Part shown: piece by piece, positions 11,490 through 23,596 of the stretch
How the letters are laid out: each line of letters opens with the position of its first letter
Numbering within the stretch: position 1 is the stretch's first letter
NCBI GenBank assembly: GCA_029717555.1
Contig: JAMDHS010000101.1
Span: forward strand, 1 to 64,000
Direction: 5' to 3'
Source: Peribolospora baueri
Taxonomy: Eukaryota
Length of the DNA stretch: 64,000 nucleotides
Notes under the pieces: generated by a model
What the model saw: the letters and a program-made list of their open reading frames with translations, nothing else
What the model was told of the DNA's origin: nothing
Databases searched by the model: none
Translations under genes and position numbers: made by a program

Positions 11490-14400
11490 ATGGCGCACAT
11501 CCCTACACCCCTCCACCTCGCACCCCACTACCATCACTCCGCCGACGGCAACCCCGCCGCCGCGCACTCCCCCATTCAGTACTCCTCCCCCTCCACGCCC
11601 CTCTCCGCCTTGTCGTCCAAACTCCCCTTCTCCCCCACTTTCCCCACCGCTTCCGCCAATGGCGCCCAACACACCCCTAACACCGCCGCCTCCTTCAACA
11701 GCGCTCCCGGCGCCCTCATCCTCGACGGTCACCGCGCCGATGGAGAGGGCCTAGGTGGAGGTTTCGGTGGCGCAGGCGTCTCTTTGCCCTCCTCCTCCGC
11801 CAGGATGCTGCCCGCAGGTGTGCCCGGAGGCGTCGATGAGACCGACGCCGATGAAGCGGCCATGGCAATGATGATGATGATGCCCGAGCCCGTCTGCGGT
11901 GGGTGCGGCAAAGTCATCGACGAGAGCAGCGCCGACTCTGGCGTCATCCACTTTGCGTGAGTTCCCGTCGTTGTCTTCCTGCCTTTCGCCGCGTCATCAT
12001 GCTCATGTCTCCCTCGGCCTCCCCACAGCACCCATCTCTGGCACCCAGACTGCTTCCGATGCGCAAAGTGCGGCAACCCCGTGACGACCGATCAGGACGA
12101 CATCTTGCTCCTCTCCGATGGCCACCCCATCTGCGGCAGCTGCAACTATTGCTGTCAGGTCTGCGGCCTGCCCATCGTCGAGGAGGCTATCATGACCGGT
12201 GAGCGTCCGTCGGTCCGACTGGGGCGAGCTGTGCGGTCGCAGTCGACTGACTCAACCCTTGCATGTCCCCACAATCCTCTCCCAGGAGACGAATCCTACC
12301 ACGCCTCTTGCTTCACCTGTCGCTCATGCCACAAGCGCATCGACGAGCTCGTCTTCGCCAAGACGAACCAAGGCATCTATTGCATGAACTGCCACAACGA
12401 GCGAGTGGCCCGCAGCCGACGCCACGCCGAGGCTCGACGGCAGAAACAGGCCAAGAAGGAGCGCAGCAAGGGCTCCCCTTCCGTCACCTCCACCCCGCCG
12501 GGCTCCTCCCACTCTGCGTCCGCTCACCCTCCACCGCCGTTCGGAGCCAGCCAAGGCGACGCGGCCGCGTTGTCGAGTCCGCAGGTCGGCTCAGCAGCCG
12601 CCACGCCCGTCACTGTCTCGTCCAAGACGTTCGCCGACAGGAACCAGACCGCCAGTCCTGCGCTCGTTACCACCCCTTCCGGCACCGTCCCGCCCACGCC
12701 GCCCGTCACCTCTCCCGTTTCCGAGCTCCTGCGATTCCCTGGCTCCGCCGCCGCCTCGGCCACTCCGCTGGCCACCCTCACCCATGGCCAGGCCGGCGAC
12801 CGCGACCGCGACCGCGCCCACGGTGGCGGCGGTCGGGCCAGGTCGCCCTCCGCCTCTGCCGCCCCCGCCTCGATCGCGCCGTCGGCGAGCGCACCCGTCG
12901 CCAGGGCGGGGCCTGGGGGCGTCCCGATCAACGACGGCTTCCTTCCGCCTCGACCAGGCAGCAGCGCTGGCACTGCCTCTCAGTCTCCTTCCTCCGCAGG
13001 ACCGGGCGTGCCTCCCAGGCGGCCCCTCAATACGCTTCGATCGACCTCGTCCAACAACGCCCAGGGCATCCGCCCTAACACTGTTTACGACACCCAGCTG
13101 GGCGGCGGCAGCCAAGCCAGGTCGCGCGCCCAGAGCGGCGGGAGCGCCTCCCATCTGAACCTCTCCGCTGCAGCGGCTGGCGCCGGTGCGGGTGGACTGG
13201 CGTCGTTGGGCGGCGGTTCGGCGCGGAGCAGGCTCAGCGTCGTTTTGCCCTCTGCCGTCGGTGTAGGCGTTGGCCTTGGCCTGCGCGAAGAGGACGAGGA
13301 GGATGGCGGTCGCGCGGGAACCAGTGCCTCGTCCTCTTCCGGCCACGGCCATGGTCACGACGCGATGCCTCGCAGCCCGTCAAGAGTGGAGGAAAGAGAG
13401 ACGAGGGACTCGATCGACGATCAGGAACCGCCGCCTTCGGCCGCCGAGGTGAAACGCGCGAGCAGGCTCAGCGTCGCTTTACCCAGCGGCATCGGCGTCC
13501 CGTCTTCTCCCCCGTCTTCTTCGTCCGCCGACCGTACCCGCACCTCCACCGACGGCCTCCACGCGAACGGGAACGGCTCCGGCTCCGGTCAGCGCAGGAA
13601 GCCGCAAGCCCAAGAGAACCTCAACCTGTCCCACATGAGTCGGAGTTTTAGTTTTTACGACCCCGACTTTCTCAACCTCATCAAAGCCATCGGCGACCCG
13701 GACTCGCTGGCCGCCTCGGACGAGGGAGGGATCGCAACGACGCCCACGACGCCCACCCTTCCCCAACAAGCTGCTTCCTCGCCCACTGTCGGCACCGGCC
13801 TCCCCTCGGCCGAAGACCCCGCGACGCCCACGGCGGACGATGGAAGGAGGAGTCCTCCCAAGACGGCGCCTCTGCCGAAGAGCCGATCTGACGGACACGG
13901 CTCGCTCGCCTCTGCCTCCGCCGGCGCCAGCACGGCAACACCATCATCCACGGGCGACGCGGCGGCGGCGCGCGCTAGGAAACGCGGGAGCTTGCAGGCC
14001 GTGCCTACGCAGAGGGAGCTGGAGAGGGCGGGAGAAGAGTACCGGGAGAGGCAGAGGGAGAAGGAGTGGGGTACGAGGAGGAGCGAGGACAGCTTGCCGG
14101 CCGGTCCCGGTCTCGGTCCCTTGGGCCCGGGCCCAGGCGCGGGCCTTCTGGGCAAGGTCGACGAGGGCGACGAGCCGACCGACCGATCCTCTCGTTCCTC
14201 TTCCATCGGCAAGACGCCCGCCTCTGCTCCTCCCTCCAACTCCTCTCACCACTTCCTCTCCGGCGACAACCGCGAAGAAGAAGCGCTAACAGAAGAGACG
14301 ATGACAGAGGTAATCATCCTCGACGAAGACGGCCGTCCAATCCGAACGAGCTCCTCCTCCTCCCACGCCGACTCGGACTCTTCGCGGTGGACGAAAGAAG

Positions 14401-17085
14401 AAGCGCGGATGAAACAGATTAGTAGGAAGGTGAGGGAGAGTGTGGCGCAGGCGAAGGACGGACATGTGAGCATGGATACGAGCTTTGTGGAGACGTTGTT
14501 GAGGGACCTTGAAGAGACTAAGGAGAAGATGAAGATGTTGCAGAGGAGGTATGATCGGATTAGGGTAAGTGCGACGATACCATCCTTCTCGTAGTTCGCA
14601 TCGCGTTGACTTTTTTTTTCTTCTTTCTTTTCGCCCCTTTTTCTTTTTCTTTTCTCTTTCTATCGCCTTCGTTCGAACAGCGCGCCAGTCAACAGGCAGC
14701 CCAGGGCTTCTCGATGGCCAAGGAGGAGTACGAAGCGGAAGTGCAAGCGCGCCGCGAGGCTCAGACGGAGATGGCTCGGCTCAAGATGCAGCTCATCGAC
14801 CAGGCTAGCAAGCTGGCGACGATGAACAGCGAGCGCAAGCACCAGGAGCGGCTCAAGCACAAGTCGGAGGAGATGAAGAACTCGCTCGGCACGATGGAGA
14901 GGGACCTCGCGAAACTCAAGGCCGAGCGAGACCTCACCGTCGCCGAAGTCGAGGAGCTCTCCAGCCTCCAGGGAGCCGGCGGCGACCATTCTCCGACGTC
15001 GCGCGGAGCAGCGGCCTCGTCCAACAAGCCACTGCCGGCCATCATCGACTCGTCCGGCGACATCGGACGAAGGTTGAGCGTCCGTCTCGACAAGATCAAG
15101 GACAAGTACCGGAGCGAGATCGACTCGCTGATCGTTGAGCGCGACGGACTGATCGCCGAAATCGACGAACTTCGCCAAGCCCGCGACGTCTTCCTCGAGG
15201 AGACTGCGGCGCTGAACACACGCAACGAGGAGCTCAACGTGTTGAACGCCCAGCTCAATCGGCAGATCGACGCGGCGAACCAGGACGTCGCTCGTCAGCA
15301 GATCCTCCGGGAACAGCAACAGCAGATGATGCAAGTGCACGGCGGCCACCACCACCACTACAACCAGCAGCTGCAGCAGCAGCAGCAACAGCAGCAGCAC
15401 CATCACCATCAGCAGTCCGGAGGGAGCGGAAAGGCCACGTTCACCTTCCCTGGCTTTGGTCGATCCCGTCACGCCAACGGTTCTCCCAGCCTCAGCTCCA
15501 TCCCCAACGTGTCCGCCCCGACGGCCAGCTTGTCTTCGTCGACGCTCGTCCATGACAACATGGACGCTACCTCGGAGACGTCACATACGTTCGCCAAGCA
15601 GCAGCCTTCTACGAGCGCCGTCGAAGGCCACTCCATGGCGCCCCTCCCACTGACTCCCTCCCAGCCACTGCTGGCCGCCGCGTCCGCTCCGGCGGTGGCA
15701 CGCAAGTTCCAGTGGAAGAAACCAAAGATGGGCCAGACGGCCCGCGGCGGCGTCGGCGCGATGCCTGGCTCAGGCGCCGGCGGAAGCGGAGCCCCGTCCG
15801 GCTCGCCCGCCTTGCCCCCCAAGCCTGGCCAGCTGTCGTCGTCCACTGCCGCCGCCGCCGCCGCCGCCGGTTCGGGCGGGCGAGGTGCAGGCGGCAGCGG
15901 AGGAGCAGGCCATCACGGCCCCCCCGAGCTGGTCGTGCGCGAGCACCTCTTCCAGCCTTTCAACTTTATCCGACCCGTTCGTTGTCTCGGATGCGGCAAG
16001 AACATGTGGGGCCAGCAAGAAGTGCGGTGCGCGCTCTGCGGGAGCGGGTGTCACGGCAAGTGCCTCAACAGCCTCGCCACCAGCTGCACGCAGCCTTATT
16101 CGAGGGACGAGCCGCCGGAGCCCGTCGGTGAGTGTTGGTGTCGGGCGGCGCGAGACGGCGTCGTCATCATTTTTCTTCTTGACTCACCGGTCCCTGTCCT
16201 AACTTTGTCGTCCGTTTCCTTTCTTCCGTATTCGTTCTCCTCCCTTCGCAGGCCCATCCATGTTCGGTCGTGAGCTCAGCGAACAACTCGAAGATGAGGG
16301 CCGGCAAGTGCCGATGGTGGTGGAAAAGTGCATCGCGGCGGTCGAGGCCTGCGGAATGGACTACGAGGGTATCTACCGCAAGTCCGGCGGGTCCTCTCAA
16401 CTGCGCGTCATCACCCAGCTCTTTGAGCGAGGCGAAACGTTTGACCTCGAAGACATGGACCGGTTCAACGACATTTCCGCCATCACCAGCGTGCTCAAGA
16501 ACTACTTCCGAGAGCTGCCCACGCCTTTGCTCACCTTTGATCTCCACGAGGCTTTCATTCGCGCCAGCGGTGCGTATCCTGTCCGCCCCCGCCGCGTCGA
16601 AGCTGGACGTACAAAGGCGTGCTGAACGTCTTTTCTTATCTTCCCGCCTTGGCCATCCTACCGAACAGAAACCAAGAACGATCCGGCGTTGAGGGACGAG
16701 CAGTTCCGGCAGCTCATACCCCAGCTTCCCGCCGATCACTACAACACCCTTCGCCATCTCATTCTTCACCTCAATCGTGTCGCCCAGCGGCACGAGGAGA
16801 ACCGTATGAGCGCTCGCAACCTCGGCGTCGTCTTCGGACGTGAGTTTTTTGAGCCCTCTCCCGCGCGCCCACCCACGCTTTAGTTCTGTGAACCGCGATG
16901 CGGTCGGTGGCTGACGTGATGTGATGCCTTTCCCGGCACGGAATGCCACCCGACTCTATTAATTTTTTTTTTTTTTCGCAGCCACGCTGATGCGCTCGAG
17001 CGACCCTTCGAAAGAGTTTTCGCACATGGGCGGCAAAGCGCTCACGATCGAGTATTTTATCGAACATCCCGAGTTCTTCCCTTGA
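11490..17085 (+). CDS. LIM-domain Rho GTPase-activating protein with coiled-coil and C1 domain (S. cerevisiae Rga1/Rga2-like architecture), multi-exon
   Basis: Spliced LIM motifs (CGGCGKVI..HLWHPDCFRCAKC; CQVCGLPI..YHASCFTCRSC..YCMNC), a coiled-coil at 14.7-15.3 kb and a C1 motif (HLFQPFNFIRPVRCLGCGKNMWGQQEVRCALCGSGCHGKC). RhoGAP domain MFGRELSEQ..VEKCIAAVE..EGIYRKSGG..LKNYFRELP..NRMSARNLGVVFG. Stop TGA at 17083-17085. Confidence 0.93.
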
Positions 17086-18335
17086 CCCGTCGTCGTCGTC
17101 TTCTTCGCAGCCCGTGTCGACCGACTCGACCCGGCCAGCGCTGGCGTTCGCGGCCCCGCACCATGTGTACAACGACACACACAAACCTCGGCCGCCTTCC
17201 TCTCCTCCTTCGCCCTCCTCCCCTTGGACCATCCATGTGCTGCTTGTCCCTTCGGTGCCCGCGCTCTTGCTTGCATCATTCGGACCGACCCCTCTCTCCT
17301 TCCTTTCTGCCCGGTCTCCTTTCATCATCCCAAGATACCCCTTCCGATATCTCCCTTCCCCACCTACTCTCTCCCTTCTCATGTTTATCTCGTCCGGTCC
17401 ACTCCTTCCACCCAGACAGTCTCTCGCTTAGATTGGACCGGATCGGGCGCCCGCTCGTATTCTCGCCTCGCCCTGTTTTCGTCCCTTCTCCTTCTTCACC
17501 TCAGCCTTTGTTGTACTTGCTCGCACTTCTTCTGCTACCAGCGTCCCGTTCCCCCTCTTCTTCTTTCTTTTCTCTCTTCCCGACCTGGACGACGCGCCTC
17601 TTCGTGCCTATATCCGTTCGTTTCAAAAGCTCTCTACGTCCCTCTCTTCTTCTTGCTCCTCCCCGCCGTCTCTCCTTCTTCCTGGCCATCTCCCCGTTTG
17701 TCCCTTTTTCGGCGTTTCCCTGCTTGTTCTTTCCTTGTGGCACCTCTTTCCGGGAAATTTGATCGTCGTTGCTTTGCTTACTTACCATCATCGCCAAGGC
17801 CAACGACGGACGGGTGTCTGGTTCGCCGGGTCGAAGAAGGAGATACGAAGAGGTCCGTCGGAAATACGTTTCATCACGACCTCCACACCCGGAACGTGCT
17901 CGTCACCTTTCGTCATCCGACGAATTGAAACCTTCTCCCTCCATGCACGTGCGAACATAATCTCCCCTTTATGCCTCGAATATGTTCCTCGACTATTGAC
18001 TGTATCGACCTCATCCAGCTTGTTTTCCTCGCCACCGTCGGACCGGGCCGGCTATGATGACGACGACGATGACGATGACGACGCCGAGGAGGAGTACGAC
18101 GAAGCCGGTCCCGCTAGCTACTGCACAGATATCTGGACGTCCGGCCGTACCTTGTCCCGACGACGTCTGTGCCAGTGCGCGCCTCTTTTTTCGACGGCGA
18201 GCGATATGGATGGTAGAAAAGCGAGCGGGCGGAGGGAGACGAGCCTTGCTCTGCTCCCCCTTCCTCCCCAAGGAGATAGATAGATAGATAGACGACCTCC
18301 CAGAGCCGCCGCGGCTAGTCAAAGTCGTCCACAAG

Positions 18336-21300
18336 ATGTGTCGTCTCCTTTCTGCCGGCTGTCTTCTGCTCGCCCTTTTGGCTTCTTCTGGCGCTCTCGA
18401 CGTCGCTGCCAGCCGACTGCCTTCGGGCCCCAACGTCAAGCTCTTCCCGTCTTCTTCGTCCAGCGGCGCCCCTAGTGTTCCTTCTTCTTCCTCCAGCGGT
18501 GCCTCCAGGCCCGGCACCTCAGCTGTCCCTACCTCCTCTTCTCCCTCTTCGAGCCATGCGCATACCTCCGGTCCTCACATTGGGAGCAGCGTCGGCGCCG
18601 CTACCGCCACCATTGCCCCTTCAGCCACCGTCGCGGGGAGCAAGACCGCTTGGCGCGCACCTGGCACTTTCATGAGCGAGGCTTACGACTCGGTGGGTCC
18701 CGTTCCCCCCTCACCCTTCGGTGCACGTCTGCGCGAGCGCGAGAGCCAGCGAGCAACGTCTAATGGTCTTTCCTTTCTCTCGCCATCCTACCGCCCTCGC
18801 AGTATTACCCAACGAAGAGCGGGGAGCAGCCGCAACCCGCCATCACGGACCCCGTGTACGGCTCGGTGTACCCCCTCGAGCTGACCTCGCCTCACAGTAT
18901 TCCCCAGGACAACTTTGAGGACCCGGTCATCTTCCAGCCCTCCCTGCTCAAGGCGACCAACGACAGCAACACACAGGCCTACTCGGTGAACAACAGCGCC
19001 AACACAGCGCTCATCGATAGCATCGTCACTCAGATCTCGAACATCATCAACGGGACGTCGTCTTCCGGCCTGACCCTCGGCGGTACCAACGCCAGCAGGT
19101 GCGCTCGCTGCGTCGCCGCGCTGCAAGTCGCCAAGGCGGTGGCCAACCTGGCCCCCACGGCCCTTCCGCCCATCATGGTCGCTCTCTGCCAAAAGTTCCA
19201 CCACAAGGGCTGCTCCGACTACCGCGCCACCGTCCTCGGAGCTTCGTACACTCAGATCCTCGGCCTGGCGGACCCGTCGAGCAGTGACGGCCAGTATATC
19301 TGCAACACCATCGACTCCACTCTCTGCCCCGTTCCCCCTACTCCCAATCTCGACTTGACCGGCTACTTCGCCAAGCCCAAGCCGGCCAACGCCAGGGCGC
19401 CGAAACCGAGCGGAAACCGGGAGCGGTGGTTGCACATGAGCGACTTCCACATCGACCCGCGCTACACCAATGGCGCCGAGGCCAATTGCTCCAGCTACCT
19501 GTGCTGTCGTCCCGCCGCCCACACGTTCAACGACTCGTTCCCCTTCCCGAACGGAAACTTGAGCGTCCATGTGCCTGCCCCTCGGTATGGTTCGTTCGAT
19601 TGCGACACGCCGCAAGAGCTCGCAGTTCAGACGCTTCAGGCCATCAAGGAGCTTCAAAACGTTGACAAGCTCGCCGGCGTCATCTACACTGGCGATCTGG
19701 TCAGGTGAGAGCATGGTCTGCTGAGGACGCATGTTTTGCTCATCTCGCGCATGATTCCATCGTCCTCGTCGCCCGTCCCGTCCCGCTCATCTCCCTCGCC
19801 ATTCGGGCACTCCATCACCGTTCTCTCCTTCTCCTGCAGCCACGATCCGAGCGATCAGCTGAGCCGAAGCTACTTAGAGTACACCGAGACGATCCTCTAC
19901 ACGCTCTGGAAACGCGTGCTAGGCTCCGTGCCCTGGTTCGTGACGCTCGGCAACCACGATAGCCAACCCGAGGCGTTCGACGCCGTCCACAGCTGGGGCG
20001 ACCGGGCGACCAACTTCAGCTACAACTACGAGCACGTCGCCGGCCTCTGGAAGGCTAACGGTTGGGCTGGTGGGGACGTTGAGAGTAGCAGAGCGCATTA
20101 CGCTGCTTACTCTACCAAGGTGCAGGGCAAGAACTTGAGGATCATCAGCATGAAGTGAGAGACCCAAACTCCGTTCGTCCCCTTCGGCGCAATGACCTCG
20201 TCATCGTTTGGCTCTACTCCCCTTTTTCTGTATTTCTCCCGCTTTCCCTGAACTGATGCCTTTTTTTTCCTTCCTTTCCGCTGTGACAGCTCCGACTTTT
20301 GGTATGTCGGTGAGTGAGCCTGAACGTCGAGGGCACCGCCCTGCAAGCAAAGTGACCGTGTTTCTGACGCTGGTGGTCACATCTCTCCTGCACTTCACGT
20401 TCGTAGGCAACGCTTACATGCTTGTAAACACCTCCAACCCGGACGTCTCTGGCCAATTGCGTTGGATCACCGACGAACTCCAAAAAGCCGAGGATAACGG
20501 CGAGCGCGTGTGGCTCATGGGACACGTCCTTCCGGTGAGTGATCCGTCAGTTGGTCGATTACTCGGGCGCTCTTCCGTTCGTTGATCGCACCACCCGTGT
20601 CTCTCCTTAATCGCCATCCGTACACTTGACCTCGTCTCGCTCTCCCTCTGAAGGGCTGGGACGGCTCGAACGCGTACAAGGCATCTTCCGACCTTCTTTA
20701 CCAGATCGTCGACCGCTATTCGCCGCACGTCATCGCAGCCATGTTCGTGAGTATGTCCGGGCCTTCTGCAGCGATGGCGGGAGAGATTGATATGGTAAAC
20801 TACTATTCGAACATGCGTTTGACTCCGTGCGCTTCTTGTTCGTGTTCTTGCTCGGTCGCGGGTCGGCTTGCACCGGACAGTTTGGACACACGCACGAGGA
20901 CGAGCTGTCTATCGTGTACAGTAACAACGGCACGAACATCAGCGAGTCCACCGCCGTGGCTGCCCAGGTGCGTCTGACATTGCGTGCCGAACGTCGCAGT
21001 AGGCAGGAAGGCTCACTTTGCTGTCTTACGCTTCCGCCTGCAGTGGATCGCTCCCTCCGTGACGCCGTTGACGCATCTCAACAGCGGCTTCCGTTTCTAC
21101 GATGTGGACATGGAGACGTTCGACATTATGGACTCGTACGTCTACTACTCAGACGTGAACACCTTCGCCTCTCTCGACGGCCAATATGCCGAAGGCCCTC
21201 AATGGCAGTTCGAATACAGCGCCCGCACGGCCTACGATCCCAACAGCACCTGGCCCGCCGACGCGCCCCTCAACGCGTCCTTCTGGCACCGCGTCACGGA

Positions 21301-21752
21301 AAACATGGAGCGCGAGCCGAGCCTCGTGCAGCTCTGGCAGACCCATCAGGGCAAGAGCTCGATCCGCAGCCCGAACTGCACCAGCCAAGCTTGCGTCGAT
21401 GCGAAGAGTGAGTGAACGGACGTTTTGGGCGCAGGATCGCTTTTCTCATTTTCATGTCTCCTCTGCCTCTTACACCTGCGGGTTCCTGTTGTTGATCCAT
21501 CTCTCGTCTTTGTCTTCGCGTCGGATTTCCCGCCAGTCTGCTATATGCGTAGCGGTAGCGCTGCAATCGCTCAACAGAACTGCGTTGGGGTGAGTGATAC
21601 GAATGGCGATGATAAGGAGATGATGATGATGATCAGAGTCCCTCGTCCTCCATCCTGAGCTCATTTTTCTGTTCACGCCTTCATCTTCTCGTCACCGCAC
21701 TGCGACCCGCGCATCACAGACGTATGCCAGCGTTCAAGCGCCCTACAATTGA
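18336..21752 (+). CDS. Secreted acid sphingomyelinase-like calcineurin-type metallophosphoesterase, many introns
   Basis: Signal peptide MCRLLSAGCLLLALLASSGA and a saposin-like Cys region (CARCVAAL..LCQKF..C..YICNT..LC). Metal-binding motifs HMSDFHID, YTGDLV|SHD, TLGNHD, MGH and FGHTHED. C-terminal CTSQACVDAK|VCYMRSGS. Stop TGA at 21750-21752. Confidence 0.9.
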
Positions 21753-22313
21753 AAGGAGATCTTTGTCGTCACGCGTCGATGAGACATTTTTTGCGGACAT
21801 GAGGGCAATGTCGAATCGACACCTTCATCTGTCTCATCGATGTCCGCAGACTCCGGCCACCCTGAATACTATAATGGAATGAATCATGAGGAGAGAACTT
21901 TGTTGGACGAAATGATGATCTAGCGTCAGCGCCCATACTTTCAGCGAGTTGAACGACCAGAGGGCGGCCCTGTCCGCGGCAAAACGGACTCGGTCGCCGG
22001 CGCCAACTACCACCCTCCGAGCCGGCTACTACTTCCCCCCGATGTGACTTGGTAATGCCCGGAGTGGACCGGCGGTGAATCGGGACCCGTTAGACCGAGG
22101 TCATCACGCAGGGCGGCGATCTGCACCCAGGCCACCGGGTCCCAAGCGTGGCGCTGATGGCACGCGAAACTATAGAGACACGGCTCCGCGCTTGTAAACG
22201 CAGTGGCTGGCGACGGTGGTCAATGGGAAGCCAGATCGGGGAAAGTACACATTTCTTGTTACTGTCCGCGAGGAGACAACGGGCCTGCGAACCCGACCGC
22301 CCCAGTACTGCCC

Positions 22314-23045
22314 CTACCGCCCGTTGCCCCTCCATACCGGCGCCACCGAGGCGAGCGATTCCACGTCCGTACCCGCGCCCGCCTCAAAGGCTTGGTGTCC
22401 TCGGTCCACGGAGTCGTTGGCGGTACAGCTGCTGCTCCCGATCGGCTGCATAGGGAGGAAGGTGCCCGAACCGTTATTACTGAGGCCGGATGACAAAGGG
22501 GGTGACGCTCCGAAAACGCTGGCGGACTTTGGAAGATAGGTGGAGGATCCGGTGCCGTCGCCTGCCCTGGAACCAGTGGGACCGACGCTGTTGGTGCCGA
22601 GAGCGCTGCCCGTCCCATGTCCGGCTGAGTGTCGCGAAAGAGCGCCGATGGACGAGTGGGACGAGTCGACGGGGAGAAAAGGGTTGTGCGCGGTCGTGGA
22701 CCACCGAGTATCCGCCTCGCGGAACCTGATAGTAGGCCACGCGGTGGCGAAGACGGCGCCGATGATGGAGAAGTAGTTGCCGATCTCCTGGGTGAGCGTG
22801 TAGACGTTGTAAGTTTTTCTGGTCCGTGTGAACGGCGACGGCAAAGGTGACCACGTTGAGACAGAGGGGAACGATGAAGGTGGCCAGCATGACTTTCAGA
22901 AGCCGGTTGACTCTGCTTGCGAACCCAGAGGAAGCAGAGGAGAAAGACGTGGCAGGGTCTCGTTCGCGCAAGTCCACACCGTACTACCATTGCGACCGCT
23001 GTACGAACACCGGTCGGCTGAAGACAAGGTAGATTGGATCCATAT
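22314..23045 (-). pseudogene. Disrupted C-terminal fragment of a fungal multi-TM (Dik6-like) membrane protein
   Basis: Two minus-strand frames join across a 1-nt frameshift in a 5-A run (~22814-22818), giving FASRVNRLLKVMLATFIVPLCLNVVTFAVAVHTDQK/TYNVYTLTQEIGNYFSIIGAVFATAWPTIRF. There is an in-frame TAG just upstream (~22984-22986), and no N-terminal TM segments are evident. The family assignment is from memory. Confidence 0.55.
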
Positions 23046-23596
23046 GAGGTGAGTCTCATATATCCTCGCCGTCCTCGACCCGCACGCTGAGCAACTTCCC
23101 TCGTCCGAGCGGTGGTGGTCACTGTCCTGTTGTATGACTTTCTCTTTAGTCCGCCGCCGCCGCCGCCGCCGGCGCTTGTGGAGAATCCGGAGCTCTCGGC
23201 CCTGTCGTCCTACAGCGTAATCGGCCGTGCGTCCGAGACTGATCTCCCGTTTGCTCCCATCGTCCCGGGGTCACGGCCCGCCTGCCGGTACAAGGCTAGA
23301 GGACCCAGCTTGAGCCCAGTGACTTACATCACTTCTTTTCTCGCTGCGCCTTTCGTCCATCGTCTTTCGAACCCCCACCCATCCTTTTTTTTTTTTTACT
23401 CCAGACAGCCACCCACATATCATGGGCCACCATGTCGTACGCTCCACGCGCCCTCCCCCCGCCTTTGGCGGTCTCTCACTTCCCCTCTAGCCTTAAATAG
23501 GACGGCACGACGGCCATCTCGTCTCTACAAGCCGTCCCTTTCTTCATGGCATTCCTTCCAGTCCAACATCCCTAATCTTCAAGGCGGTCGACGACG

